The notes: a model not told the origin generated them from the letters alone. 45,201 nt of DNA from Candidatus Omnitrophota bacterium (GCA_026387165.1 JAPLMG010000015.1:1-45201); one strand, 5' to 3'; counted from the first letter of the stretch, positions 21,001 to 27,500 are shown. Program-made: numbers and translations.

Positions 21001-21035
21001 CGCGCGATCCGAGGATAAGAATACTTGAAAAATAG
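3039..21035 (+). CDS. Giant multi-domain membrane protein, part 1 (5,998 aa): signal anchor, TraB/ChaN-like, TM clusters, SecA-like ATPase, glycoside hydrolase-like, TolC/OEP-like
   Basis: Uninterrupted 17,997-nt ORF with a good SD. Protein-like composition throughout and several recognisable motifs (see sub-features). Antisense shadow ORFs cover it. An alternative in-frame start at ATG 3150 (M38) would place a classical signal peptide directly at the N-terminus. Confidence 0.92.
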   Translation: MNAWQARRKAPQSGDVEEVLSRGSLSTREELGARSLIMDLQSPRNKKWIRSIALVLVVCFINQDLVWAQEGTPVWSKGQGHSTGSGPGGNFAVKTQAVTPQGGIAIPKDVAVTKEVYKSTNGDARTVINIQDAHASLAAQESIASILDSLVTNYDLKLVAIEGSKGYIDTSLLKTFPDENIRKNTANYFMKKGKLSAGEFFSITSDKEISLYGIEDKRLYLENVEQFRKIQEINESTKKDIANLTAALENLKEKIYSKDLLLLDKNSVLHRDGKITFSERWDLVSKLAATQGVTYEKYENLSKLVESLKLEKKIDFQKANKERDALIDILSKKMVKTDLEQLVLRSLSFKQGKVSQGEYYLYLQELARHYGVDPEPYKGLITYTEYITLYESIDLVEIFEEVRKFEDSIKEKILKDDYQRKLHGFSRFVSLVSTLYELKLTGADTGELISYIPSLRGREAAEAISKGGIASLPSVARNDKELSISAETLAAFIKSASLKYGVAIEGGYDLGAIFAEIEPALSFYRTAEERNAAMLANTINEMQKNGQSVAALVTGGYHTKGLTEILKQRETSYLVILPKFDSSKGDRPYVAILTNKKEPYEKLLQTGDYYLATTSFFATQDNFNNAADIRAFIKELVLVAMAQAVLEEKNPKSVAEIWLNAYEGRQKQLGLRDSEVLFTRKELEGLIGSVEILTIEKGKTAVASIPTVSLRGEIGKEALYLKVVRAADETGVDIGVPTSGELASLIAAKKTLENRRPVVKPDDLEDRVARLEQETEKLKKYIKTQGPQDEALIIARLKEAGLFQYLVGQFEGQPADKITGDSLIAKLRAKGVRVRDFEGSAEVYGEVNSLLERVKAASASQLAITELATGGLITAARQRAIELAIGVDGKADILQVPPAVPVAPAPAPAAEAEASEAQRALILACLTEPLNENYKRLIDIFTTRKQTRSISDKELVIIDEKLKTALAGQLSGILPGNPAVAENLIDDESFRIFKNALQAELNKIRSLVRGLVEMCKDLPDDEVPEVVQELKGVYEPVDPGEGVPIDVGRLVDKMLGDRQITFALALLRNIDRMARAGRREEAIESMKKFDSFFPSDSDAMKDPGVMAERGRIRTLLNIDEGIYIREKPGKGPGLKGTINLLWLGAGITFLYHMVKSATPALAETGQGVQAIMGSGIHEGARAGLAAISTGNLAVAIFVAVAAFLICMEDFGISKRKQPAPLFPAGKTMLTGQPLEWQTPKFLSLDNTLGIINFIGIMAVAECAIGAGIGLLGFWTAIGVSFAFELVIIKTIARYTSLIDLKKHPFLNMAIAILYNKIFSKVFIGAAALLLINMARPPTQGEEIRAMVYTGQSRPMWNSIYRIVMFIALNFFIYAFLVVLGRAIRKWKKEPLPESNVNEKDRSFYRRLNLFLGIGNISIPAIILMLFWQRYVRILPAAFRIAVLSLGTVVLLMMSLSALKSYFSNRKAWAMVELSERIITSRRDRPVDWLLRGLMRRSKIGAGISLEEADKANTNLRLIAIALDELARKLRLGGEWAVDAVIAKANSVWNRFDGMKALEKADDKDAIKLLVRNRAKLGSLIYKKTASNLDRINASIGGIFGAGILARAIYERLIRGETPLHEPGVIQAGIGNNLLVLFAVLAAVVTAIVIVVKKLKGTAKQIGTVKEENAATKNARRRIRGASTAIENAKRRGEILREAQAKLLVDSLYACLVPGMPLDVADDLKGAVREVERACGKTLTSAVPAEKPKEKPGRTVQSAILATGLGMKVLSVLNVLNLDPAAAALFGIIGLALAAVATMSFAFTNRANILLFFAPPVPARGPPGARRPEAARQPGRAAQPQPSAITPRQISTSKPTFIQEIPLESRAARPSDPQQAAFYNALKERGMTISKGQLAAIIENTEAIEEGRKMVFDHAATGGGKTVIGYGTAYLWVAGERGRRAFVATAKDYDSKDNAEEAQNVFLTDALKDKKIRVAYITGGEGKRGEGRVANIYDYDTGGWREVPESRAYEDAQVIYADETYHRFFLQSKEGVRFARAPEHLGRVLMIHDEADNTRVLNRTPCVISGDLKPEAAAEVKDMEFVHANILAELGMRGEPAIKRSTHYFKSDDDSSRTTLDWIFGYRKLLALVFFKYRAQMKHRPFSEWRRTVETALTAQNNYLPDTAPVPDNGRHFKFYKVDRVYGDVVSIENGDPKYGQELPGGLHDSLRIIARTADPSLSGVIEPRGSRQTISRLTVESSDALPCMRATVLMTATGREALGQLYPDLKYVAVESAFPDNRIVNAPVFTDTDPNKWKAMIGEIGRHLSGPQLIDVRHEDIGIVEQKLREAFGSRVEVVVYKGTLPEGQRTDIIANAGKPGRITLIDDTLTRGVTIKLLEEASRQEGLHLYLTHIKLFKILIDQLIGRVGRQGLPGTVHQFYSKEDLRKLGLLVSEKIRENLVEPLMRRLGRPIPGSGGVYEDTVPGGRRKFEDLEGLSGIEEEIFGRDRILDTHLAETMSSHRREISRDGRIYDAADKIFEEMAADPERTAKEALEMINSPRSLELIRRRAVLIKRSSVERSLAELFTSSIFYGLDDPQRQAFVRAITQLIERERIEEAAVKIRSRIREAVILLVGPRVDRARTGYITAAEEMKDDGATEIERSADQTKDASLTGAAKARFEGERKNVATMLKASALEMLGGEIEDKRAQQKEITVLPGKARVARVSVYGGLTSLYYYYIYQGIISPLLSSGGLGRSVEGLFSFLPAISGLGPAVLTVITFTAIILVLTLRSSYLKRIAQMNVADIRMKCVLTGQEPALKEPLLFGNYLLYKHFLNPVAFMTLPVALVLMLSATSPLMLGLVGMTVTQALVAAAFSGVSGLIASLLIMVVYGRQKVPGSEKEEPPLVWAEKSVKGYKINLASISRGAALVIAAKILYPALISGGMMSVLIAPVIVLGAVLASHLLLKRFFAVQKGGGIESKTFFGGRSSLLGYAIGAGLAVTVLSIALSASGGVALYAGIAGLIMTGAYALSGAMQFAGQSKSVVTRAGVGRKYLGEKGFANIILGVIENASMNLIMLAPVILTIAQFNIKSFFIASVAPSALALSGYILAPLFLLIGVYLILAYKDIVPMVRSKKVMAALGIASAGSVALGAYRQNIQAATASQQALEDYFTRLEEKLGPSRGVSPEVVARRDRLVAQAYRDLTAEAQKSVTISTDAIIGKIASERFNQALQPYLDSYNAASAAANTALAQKDKPDFKKAQEEFGKAAAALAGINNIDPNLMKFTEITEPKGFVLALNRAARYIAGVARVSPDRVPFGVIRKNITIAEQIAKLNKQKDDIAKEARLFPYREQYKEGVNNVTAAFSGEGLPDFAAIDSAFTKAAGALIEINKIDPKIVTEEQIGNLKKKQEAYSKLAKFATPEGGMAAVGPAAGPGPGAGAPPPPPEDKAATQAAAIPGAPGMAAQAIAAASMGQLPSTTDQPDIKFAVTPEMAGVIAQNASYFAYDIGVDRATGLPYNHIVLSGNSISSTGAYCNPTDIGLYLDIMASVANGKIKMKSVTPQEALGRIKKALGTLLNIQKRAADNWKGLFSWYQFRGGNAVRDEASKVSAVDNANLCWSLAAVIGALQGDPANKGIVNAANDIINAQASGWADLYDSDKGLMRAGYDLTGRGYLTYWLDRRYNESRTATAWAILHSNGKVPVSAFTNMKYPSNPEQYATSDGKNITGRMSWDGAIFQALMPLLWIDENRISPDSYARAHRDTVEVQIDHAMKTKKLPALLSTSYGTDGNYRAYGVPALAETVVSFGNKNQVFDDVASPHTLALAALVDYDRASGLITNLEKKHPKIKTPYGWRDGINARGETSDTICAIDQGMLVLALLGPTNSGYVSAYLNNVEGRMDQLYWIYGAKRPVAETKPKTEVKAAAETRPSAETEPAAAARAAPKTIGFTTLPKDIAQRLGANLLDNMDRFSGTITPEKKEGVFQMPAAEHGWTGTTVGNKNLTGFKYAYIEVRNTGGEDKTFKLELKGIFDGKKVVRLPNDDKWHLIPIELPGDAASPLGYFAISDILSAFELRGVYFSKETIEIAAPEVQRVPKPQAKPAAASATTATASDAATPAPAVTSAPATQPAPKPAVKKKPVEQGARPTTWEAAPAPAPAATSEKVREDIRSLFVSAGAALDAADKALDARDAAGASKSISAASGKFGELVSLWQLNEPVEEKALKDLQDRVLDTAARRSKEAERERSISGWLGSVPQQLQWAAELLPPPAKPEPKVAEPEPVERGLNMLCIAGFSLLPNRDLETSVSPISNDLGSRGYKVSLIKPGDHIFPDGFGESGGHYVGEEAYMEWYESHDPVVLIGTGASSDDVMGAAKKFIELGGRAADIFIVLVDGNADYVKSLPDGVKVLSFHSAASGEFGPIKGAAKNIRIEGVSHRDIIKDNAVVRGKIVYELYAALEEREPRPVRKAPAAPVKIAENILGLIADADVALKMARVELAKNEAGKNRARIYIKKAEDALNNLKKLKAEEKYISALGARIAAFNRPAAIEQDDKMARRDPVVAQVEVSEIAGIIGSAFRKYAYSDTAAGSKEGAYLSMDSLAGELALDMRYYLDFQRDKDGKSITAQDVREAAGIALSEWLARNPEAGNDLPGIIADLITEETGVILRTLYIDVPGSEAEAAADNIAARAAGMTGKISAGIVGNVASALTAKRPAQPPVMEIRRPLKARSPKGRNNEYDIKYNDWRLMAYTFGEGAGARDGARYGLFGAGHIKYGSGDEWFQPRDIPEAVMTRRDGFWKGCKRLLFKEDIQALKDKGWEFYSPEEEPHISYENMTAAGIFMASLENIDNYTRMNEIAKQLGIVLTADDKFHLDLIAQASLPGGVSGGVQLWFYLKNPAKEVNEEISSQKENLQKFVRCDYVQKMLNNIYGLRTAHREASARLKNMENFKAEFEEIAKLAEANKTIERAGFKIESTRKMIDDAIRTETDKIIDARTALNKIMRRAPEAPFTLSEEEFVEWDSPESKKRADVLEKQITDNMGMAQASFASEVGLAKAHKNLGDLGYALAKARKELSILLGISIMYGSDSGASSGFMLEFRRDKKTDLMVSRLGAFNAIAALKNTEEMAVVRSAVLAKRLDAIREELDFLNKKLAPATLKIKEAEAERYKTTGDKEGQPQVQVADVNAAYAAYFSILDTIAQAQAEIENIERETSTLKNSLTVKTKEMEDKFKTKDSLIEALVKAGQAEMRKLDATQVTHISQDPLSEIDAGIKNSAQVLALVNEETAAKRAMQAVLAQIPQAKKFKALLKEREELEAAYYEEYEKSPNEDTVKRFMAKSRELEKKIDVIMNNLLDFVNKTVEGKQATLVGQNWLEKLFNVRKTVKCEAVDIEGSLPSGGLSLKLKLLIGKEYYGEVRLLNLAWQKAQNRTVSARNTVAHNIVTALNQMRHTRLYLAGENSRLKESEAAARRIVERIAEWESRPDSGERTEELKKLKENMAKEEARGAEISINVTRAKTRFSELEISYKTLLGVDQKTVIDVSVIIDSSDDKFRDAVMFALFDKEKGRFDKRQLNKERQINIDILRAIDYMANEDIPIPIEIFIGMTGAGIYAELFNGDKRRQVVIGRKESAGALKRGLEAYKDEGAGLYNSKLNAVDEKDIALELAGLFRGKIEKAVLDVENGPREESAYDADIDSLSRKADYFRTVQDEESAFANHLNASIVASELDDPEIKGKDTRTTIRVPGLNNLTMKDKSAAIEVMTAKEVLSAEKAAFFYRPLSVYGFAVIGYGAQGAYVSGGGGAASGIPDTGSSGKLGPYGPIIGPSGVPGGGSGGGPGAIPGGGSGSGSGASASKGGGGGGSSIAFNVGLNFEYEIKKLLSQDLPKAKEKLKLSKFAEAKANGDKTVIARSMAANIMSEVNMLDLAKRQKQRASDDKLRVAGLSDSSLKGIRKLGGMEDVSAEADVFVRISEKRSNQARLGYQTAAGETNADVIMTQTQKETMALSPEMRDLVAPFASRDPRIRILEK
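3150..3243 (+). other. Signal peptide / signal-anchor segment
   Basis: MDLQSPRNKKWIRSIALVLVVCFINQDLVWA|QE has a basic n-region, a hydrophobic h-region and a VWA-Q cleavage-like site. Confidence 0.6.
3412..4790 (+). other. TraB/GumN/ChaN (Tiki-superfamily)-like domain
   Basis: N-terminal INIQDAHASLAAQESI...LVAIEG and C-terminal EERNAAMLANTINEMQKNGQSVAALVTGGYHTKGL resemble the paired (G)xxH / E / ER / GxxH motifs of this superfamily. This is from memory, with a long insert between the halves. Confidence 0.35.
4397..4475. repeat. 79-bp nested palindromic (REP/MITE-like) element carried in-frame inside the giant ORF
   Basis: Outer inverted repeat GTCATTGCGAG (4397-4407) / CTCGCAATGAC (4465-4475). 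Inner inverted repeat CGAAGCAATC (4421-4430) / GATTGCTTCG (4442-4451). Arm hairpin GGCCGC-GAA-GCGGCC (4407-4421). It is translated as SLRGREAAEAISKGGIASLPSVARND. Confidence 0.6.
6445..8480 (+). other. Transmembrane cluster 1 (multiple hydrophobic helices with one soluble helical insert)
   Basis: Example segments: LLWLGAGITFLYHMV, LAVAIFVAVAAFLICM, IINFIGIMAVAECAIGAGIGLLGFWTAIGVSFAFELVII, IVMFIALNFFIYAFLVVLG, ISIPAIILMLFW, LLVLFAVLAAVVTAIVIVV, LFGIIGLALAAVATMSFAF. Confidence 0.7.
8660..10330 (+). other. Divergent SecA-type DEAD motor ATPase module
   Basis: Walker A ATGGGKT (8781-8801). MIHDEADNTRVLNRTPCVISG (DEAD at 9180-9191) compares with SecA DExD..L.DEARTPLIISG. LMTATG compares with GMTGTA. 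IIANAGKPGRITLIDDTLTRGVTIKL compares with IIAQAG..GAVTIATNMAGRGTDIKL. IGRVGRQGLPGTVHQFYSKEDL (10242 onward) compares with [21 protein letters not shown]. An insert of about 185 aa sits at the PPXD position. Confidence 0.75.
11150..12430 (+). other. Transmembrane cluster 2
   Basis: Example segments: LGPAVLTVITFTAIILVLTL, VAFMTLPVALVLMLSA, ALVAAAFSGVSGLIASLLIMVVY, MSVLIAPVIVLGAVLASHLLL, GAGLAVTVLSIALSA, LIMLAPVILTIAQF, ILAPLFLLIGVYLILAY. Confidence 0.7.
13420..14650 (+). other. (alpha/alpha)6-barrel glycoside hydrolase-like domain (putative glucoamylase / DUF3131 / GH144 beta-1,2-glucanase-like)
   Basis: NPTDIGLYLDIMASVANG...GLFSWYQF...VSAVDNANLCWSLAAVIGAL ... PYGWRDGIN...ICAIDQGMLVLALLG. This follows the pattern I recall for the family: TSxTNIGLYL ... 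G.(L/F)YNWYD ... VSTVDSGNL ... YGF.D.(F/I)N ... IDQG. Confidence 0.55.
19140..19555 (+). other. TolC/OEP-type repeat 1
   Basis: GGLSLKLKLLIGKEYYGEVRLLNLAWQKAQNRTVSARNTVAHNIVTALNQMRHTRLYL...ISINVTRAKTRFSELEISYKTLLG follows the outer-membrane efflux protein repeat pattern: beta strands, then paired long helices ending in ...L..LLG. Confidence 0.45.
20340..20538 (+). repeat. Gly/Ser/Pro-rich low-complexity tract
   Basis: SGGGGAASGIPDTGSSGKLGPYGPIIGPSGVPGGGSGGGPGAIPGGGSGSGSGASASKGGGGGGSS, followed by a beta-strand-like IAFNVGLNFEYEI. Confidence 0.8.
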
Positions 21036-21510
21036 GTCGAGATAGGTAAGCTGAACGTGACGCAGGCTTGGATAGACAGGTTCATACCGAGCATCAAATT
21101 GAGAGCGGTAGTTTCGGCGATGCAGCGCCTCGTAGGAGTCGAGATCAGGATTCCGATAATTACAGGCGGCGAGCAACAGGCCAACCAGCGCATAACAGAG
21201 CTTGAGCTTAGTAATATCAGATCATCACTTTCCGATGAAAATCGAGAAGTCTTCGATGAATTATACGCGATGTTTACGGAGCTCGAAAGGACGCTTAAGG
21301 ACCTTGAAGGCAGCGAGATAGCGCTTGCCTGGGCGTACGAGAATTATGAAAATGCCCGGAAAGATCTTGAACGGGGGGCTATCGATGAGATAGCGTATGT
21401 AGCGGCGATCAAGGCCTTAAACGGAGCCGAAATAAGATACACTGCGACAAGAGATAGTTATATTAAGCTCGATACGCTGCTCCGCGCGAGGCTCAATAGT
21501 TACGGCCTGA
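20955..21510 (+). other. TolC/OEP-type repeat 2, interrupted by the in-frame TAG
   Basis: LSPEMRDLVAPFASRDPRIRILEK*VEIGKLNVTQAWIDRFIPSIKL...VGVEIRIPIITGGEQQANQRITELELSNIRSSL...DLERGAIDEIAYVAAIKALNGAEIRYTATRDSYIKLDTLLRARLN. This matches the OEP consensus shape: NPdl..a...v.aa.a.v..a....lPsl.l ... l.lPlfdgG...a.i..a ... y.aG.....dvl.a...l..a......a...y......L. Confidence 0.55.
21033..21035 (+). other. Single in-frame TAG separating two giant ORFs of identical frame
   Basis: 3039 and 21120 are both 0 mod 3. The 28 codons from 21036 to 21119 contain no stop, so the TAG is the only interruption in 42,162 nt of open frame. Confidence 0.95.
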
Positions 21511-24500
21511 CCAATAAAGAGATCGCCGAAATGGAGAGGGATGCCAGAGGCAAAGAGGGCGTCGAGGAGGCTGCGAGAGCCGGCGCGGCCAGGAAAGCGG
21601 AAGCGATAAAGGCTGTGGAGCCCGCGCGCGATGCCGAGCTGAGAAGGCTTGAAGAAAAAGAGCGCGAGGCGGTCGTGATCGCCCAGAAGAGGGAAGAGCG
21701 CGAACGCGCCCGGGGCCAGAATCCGCTTGAGAAGCAGAGACTTACAGAGTCAGAGAGAGCGGCGCAGGCGTTATTAAAAGGCGCTCTCGATGCCGACGCC
21801 GAGAAAGCCGAAAATACGATGAAATACAGGGTGCGTTCCGAGATCTTTAAGGACGCGATCATCACACCTAAATACGCGACAGGTGTGAAGTCCTATTATT
21901 CGATAGCGATGGAGAGCCTGCTGACTACCATCGGGATGCCTTTTGGTGTTACAGGGGACGGCTGGGAAAGGGCGGTAAAGATCGACGACTGGCTGGATGT
22001 GGTAAATTCTTACGTCGTTACCCACAACGCGCAGTTCAACATGAATAACAGGCTATCCTTGATGGAGCAGACATACAAAGGCCTTAGCCCTGCAGAGAAA
22101 GATCAGTTAGAAAGGATCTCGAGGAGGCCCAATCAGCCCATCAGATGGGACAGACACTGGGAAGGATATTTCACCAGCGCGCAGATAAATACGCTGAATA
22201 TCCTGTTCAAAGGAAACGAGAGAAAGATCGCCAGCCAATATCTTGATGACGGAAAGATCAATCCCGCGTGGATCGGCCTTTCCAAGATAGGCATCTTAAG
22301 TTACGCGGCCAACAGGCAGATAGCCGATTCTACAAAATCGGCCCTGGGCGTTGTAAAAGAGATCCTGGCTAATGAAGCGATATTTGATAGAGAGCAGAGG
22401 TTCAGGGATCCGAAGAGCGAGGAAGACAAAAACTGGCCGGACAAAGATAAGGCGCTCGACGGATATACCGAATGGCTGCGCAAAACAAGACTGTCCTTAG
22501 ACAATATAGAGTTTTTAAATATACCGGAAAGCGCGAAGCTCGCGGATGGCGGTCCGATCTATCAGGTCAGGCGTTTGATCAAGAATATCTTCGGCAATGA
22601 GCGCGCGATATTCGGCGATTACACCGGCCGCGGCTCGGTGGAGGTATGGAACCTGTACCGGCTATTGTCGCGCCTCGCAAAGCCCGGAACGGAAAGGGGC
22701 CAGTATAAGGGTCTCGAGAACATACTTAAGCTGCTGCATGGCCTGGTCGTGGAGGGCAGGGGCTCGCTCCTGGACTTCTATGGACAGTATGACGAAAAGC
22801 GGCTGAAGGCTCTGCCTGAAGCGTTGAATTTAAGAAAGCTCATCGACGAAAGAGAAGACTACCGCGCCGCTCTCGAAGCCGCAAGGCCGGGCGATGACTC
22901 CGCGGCTCTGAAAGAGAGATTAAATTCCAAAGAGGCGCAGATACAGCGGGAAATGGATATATTAAGAGAGGGTCGTCTATATGGAAACGCCCTTTCCGTG
23001 CTGAGGTTTGCTCTCGAGTCGCCCGAGAATAGTGACATATTGGCTAAACTCGGGACCGGCGATCTCGCGTCCGGAGATACCGATAAGATAATGGATTTTG
23101 TAAGCTATTACTACAAGACCATGGATACTGCCCTGCCGTATCTTGAGAGAGTGTATGATGATCTGCCAAACGGCACCATCGACAGGGACAATCCCGAACA
23201 TATAGGTATACTGAGCCACTTCTACTCGCTCAGAGCGGCCAATAAATGGACAGACGACGAGACGCGGTATCTCCTGCAAAGGTTAGTCTCCGCCAAGGAA
23301 GAGGCGAAGGAATTTCTCGCGATGCTGCGCAATACGATGGTGGATCAAATAACCTTCGACTCCAAAGACACCGGAACCGTCGGCTTCTTATTCGGCCACG
23401 TATTCGCCCGCATCCAGAACGGCTGGGACAAAACGGCCATCAGGGACAGGATCCCGATCATGGGGATGATAAAACCGTGTCTTGAAGCATATCACGGTTA
23501 TAAGATAGATGATAAGGGCACGCCTGAAGAGCAGGCTGATAAAATAGGCAATCTGCTATATTGGAATAAGTTCCTTAAGGAAAATTTGAAAGATGATTTT
23601 GAGCTTTTCAAAGATATTCTCAGTAACCGCAAGGCGGTATCGCAGGCTATTAAGGAGGCGGATCGTGAGCAGTTAGAAACTGCCTTAGCGCAGGCAGATA
23701 AGCGCACAGAGGCTGAAAAATTTGCCATAGCCGTAGCGATTCTAAAAGATCAGAAGCTTGAAGAATGTGTCAGGGCGGATATTGAGGAAAGAAGGACAGT
23801 TGCCGGCAGGGCGCTTTCGCCGGGCGAAGAAACCGCAGTACGCGCAGCTGCCGAAAAAGCGTTTAATGAGTTATACGGCCTCCATATGATGGGGCCGCGC
23901 TATGTGGAAGCGGCAAAGCTCGCCGACGCCGAAAAAGACCGCCGTGTAAAAAAGCTGAACAAGGAGTTCGGACAGATATACGCTCTCTATATGGCCGAAC
24001 GCCGGCTATTCACAGAAACCAAAAAGGCGGTGAGAAGTAAGGCGTTGGAGGCGCTGTATGTCATAGATCCCTCTACTCAAGAGAGGCGCGCTGAGATCGA
24101 TAAGGAGCTTATGGAGCTCGAGAAGAAGGATGAAGAAGAATTCCTCAGGTTATATAAGAGCGGATTTATCTCCTCGGTCGCGGACGCGTTGATAGTCGAC
24201 GCCGGTTTCGTCAGGCTGACCGGAAAAGCATCGATAGTCAAGAATATATCCGATGTGGGCAATGTTATAGCGCTAAGGAATTTATTGACCAGCCTGAAGG
24301 ATGAGGGTATTCTCGCGGCTGCCGAGAAGGGGATGGATTTTGAACTTGAAAGAAGGAGGTATCTAGATAAACGCCGCGGGGAGATAGAGGCGAGCCTAAA
24401 AAAAGCCGACGTTAGCTTAGATGAAAATACTAAAAAGTCGTACATGAAAACCAGCGAAGAAAGCTTCGCCCATATCTACGGGCAGGGCGTCATAAACTCA

Positions 24501-27500
24501 AGGACGAATTCATTCTTCCTTGAGGGCCGGGCCGATCCTGCATTGGTCAAGAAAGTGCTGTACGCCGAATACTTTGTAGATAAGCTTGCGAAACTGAACT
24601 GGCGACCGTTAAATGCGGGCGAGGTGGGCAACTGGTCATGGGATCTAATGGAGATGATCTATCTTACCGAAAAGCAGCGCAAGCTTCCGGAGGCAGAGAA
24701 GGCGGCCATGCTTAGCGCTGACTTGAAAGATGCTTTCGACATAGCGGATTGGGAAGCATCCGCCGGTAGGGTCTTAGAAGCGAAAAAGCACATGGCGAAC
24801 CTCTTTAGCATGATAGATCGTGTGCAGAGGGAGCGCGTCAAGGCCGTGGACGCCACCAAAAAATATCTTGCCAAAAAAGAGAAGACGGCTGACGGGGCAT
24901 TCAAACTGCTATTCACCGCTCTTGAAGGTATAAGTGAGGCCGATCTCAAAAAAGCGGGCATAAGCGAAGCCGAAAGAGCCGAGATAGAAGCTCTAAGAGG
25001 CAAGATAGGAGCCTTAAGAAAGATGACGGAAGAGTCCGACGCGTCAAAGCAACCGTCTCTGCGCGAGGATATAGAGAGAGCCGACAGGTCAAAAGATGAT
25101 TTTCTGCGGCTTGACAGGGAGGTAAAAAGAGAGACAGAGTTAGGAGTGGCGCTCAGCGATATTGATGCGCTCCTGCTCCGGGCGGCTTCGTTGGATGCAG
25201 GTGTTGTCAAGGAGCTAAAAGAAGCTATCATTGACCTGGGTACGGCCAGGACTAGCGTAACGAAAGACGGCGAGAATGAATTTGGGGCTGCGTACCCTTC
25301 GGACGCGGCCGAATCTTTTGTCGAAGGATTATTTAAGAAGTTCGACAAGGTTTTTGAAGAGCTGAGAAAAGCCAAGGAGAGAGAGCTCAAAGATGGCAAG
25401 AGCCTTTACGAGAAAGTGAAGGCTGTCGAGGGGCGTCTCAGGGAAGAGCTGAGGAAAGAAGAGCTGGCCGGCTCTGAATTCGCCACGGGTAAGGCCTATA
25501 TTGACAGGGTCAATCAGCGGTTGGATGAATTGCGGCAGAAGGTCAGAGGCACATGGAGCTCGAGGTCGCTTGCGGTGAAGAGGGCAAATCTGGAAAATCT
25601 GCAGAAGGCGCTCGAGGACGCGAAGCTCTTCTATAATCTCGATACATACCGGAAGAAGCATAACGACGAGTTCTCCGTCTCCTCAGGACAGCTCCGCTAT
25701 GAAAAGATCCTGGAGCAGCTCATCTCCGAGAGTATGCCCTCTGATGCATTGGCGGCAAGGTTGGCGTCGTTAATAGAGATAGATAAGAAGAAGCTGGAAG
25801 GCGAAACTATAAACGGAGTCTATCTGAATTCCGTATACAGGGCCAACGGCAAGGAGCTGGAGACCGGGGAGCTCGGGTTCTTCCAGGGCGAGATACGGGA
25901 GAGCGTCCATCTCGGGGAATTAAGAAAAGCGTACGAAGACGACCTCATCAAAAAGGAAAATAAGACGAAGGAAGAGGCGAGCGTTCTGGGAGAATGGTTC
26001 CTAAGAGAGAGGATAGGCAAATATGTGAGATACGAAGCCCTTGTGACGGGGCTTGAGGAACTATTGATGCGCGATCAGGGCATTACGGATATGAATAGCC
26101 CGGAGGCAAAAAGGCTCAGGATGACCCGCGGCCAGAAGATAGGTCTCTTTATGAGCCTGGAAAAGAGGGTCTGGAAGGAAGAAGAAGAGATAGCGTATCT
26201 GAAAGAGTGGTTTAAGGACGCCTCTTTGGTACAGACATTCGCCGGGGAGCATCTGGGGTATCGCCTTGCCCACTCGCTGCTCAGTTATACCGTAGAAGTC
26301 ATGAGGAGCGGATTCGGCATGCCCGTACTGATGAATAGTGTTGATAGGTTAAGTATAGAGTTCCAGAAAGCCTTCCCGTATCAAATGGCTTACATGAATA
26401 TAGGGGATCATTTAAGGAGTATGGAGGCCGCCCTCTGGAACGAAAGGGAGTTATCGGTCATTCCCGACGATTCCATGACGGACCTGATATTGGAAAATAC
26501 ATTCTACAGGAATGGCGATCTTGACAGGGTATACAGGGCGGAGGCGATAGGGCAGTTGTACAGTTTCCACAACCAGGTCTCTTACCGCTTATCAATGGCA
26601 GATTATGGTAAGGACAAGGTAACGTATAGGGACCTGGAGAATACCGCGAAAGCGTTAGACTCCGTTATGATGCCGGAGATAGCATATAATGCCGCGAACG
26701 GCATACCCAAGCTAACCAAAGACTGGATGAGGAAGAATAAGGAGACCCTTGACGGATGGTTCGAAGGCCGCCGAGGTGAAAAGGACGCGAGGAAAGCCAG
26801 GGCTTTGAAGTATGAGAATAGCTTGAAGAATCCGGACAATATCCCGGCCGCCTTGAAGGAGACGGGCGATGAGCTCTCTAAGGCATGGAAGGCCCGGGGC
26901 AACACAGACCCGATGAACGAGGATCTAGCATGGTACTTCCAAAAGATCATGCTGTCCACCGGGATTTCCGCCGAAGACCTATTAAAAGTCACTTATGAAT
27001 ATCCGGCCGATATAGAGAAGGTCTGGGAGGAGGTTAACGGCCGTAAGCCTACTGAGGCGGAGTCCGGGAAGATCAAGTATTACGCGAGCAAGATGGACCT
27101 TGACGGCTGGACGCTGAATTACGTAAAGACGATACTTGTTTACGGTAATTATATTAGCGGCCTTATGGAGACTCTCCGCTCCGCCAAGCCCACAGAGGTC
27201 GAGGTGGAGAACCTTGTCAGGCTTGCCATAGATAACGGCATCTTGCCTGCGGACCCATCAATACCCGAGGCTAAAGGGGGCCTTGGTATAGAGATCGACA
27301 GTTTGAGCGTCGGCGCTCTCCTAGATAAAAAAATGCCGTTAGCGAGAGTCATCGATCTTACTAAAACGATCCACAGCAAGATCAATTCCCCCAAGATATC
27401 TATAGATGATGTGCTATATCTCGTAGGTCTTGCCATGGATACGAACATAGCGAAGCCGCCGGAGGAGGAGCGCTTTTCTTTAAGCAGGGAAGAAGTGAGA

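Noticed and set aside
21033-21035. Genome-wide reassignment of TAG (alternative genetic code, pyrrolysine) as the explanation for the in-frame stop
   Set aside because: TAG ends both abiEii (2201-2203) and abiEi (2814-2816) at sensible protein lengths. It also occurs only once in 14,054 in-frame codons, which is not what a reassigned sense codon would look like. Site-specific readthrough or mutation remains possible.
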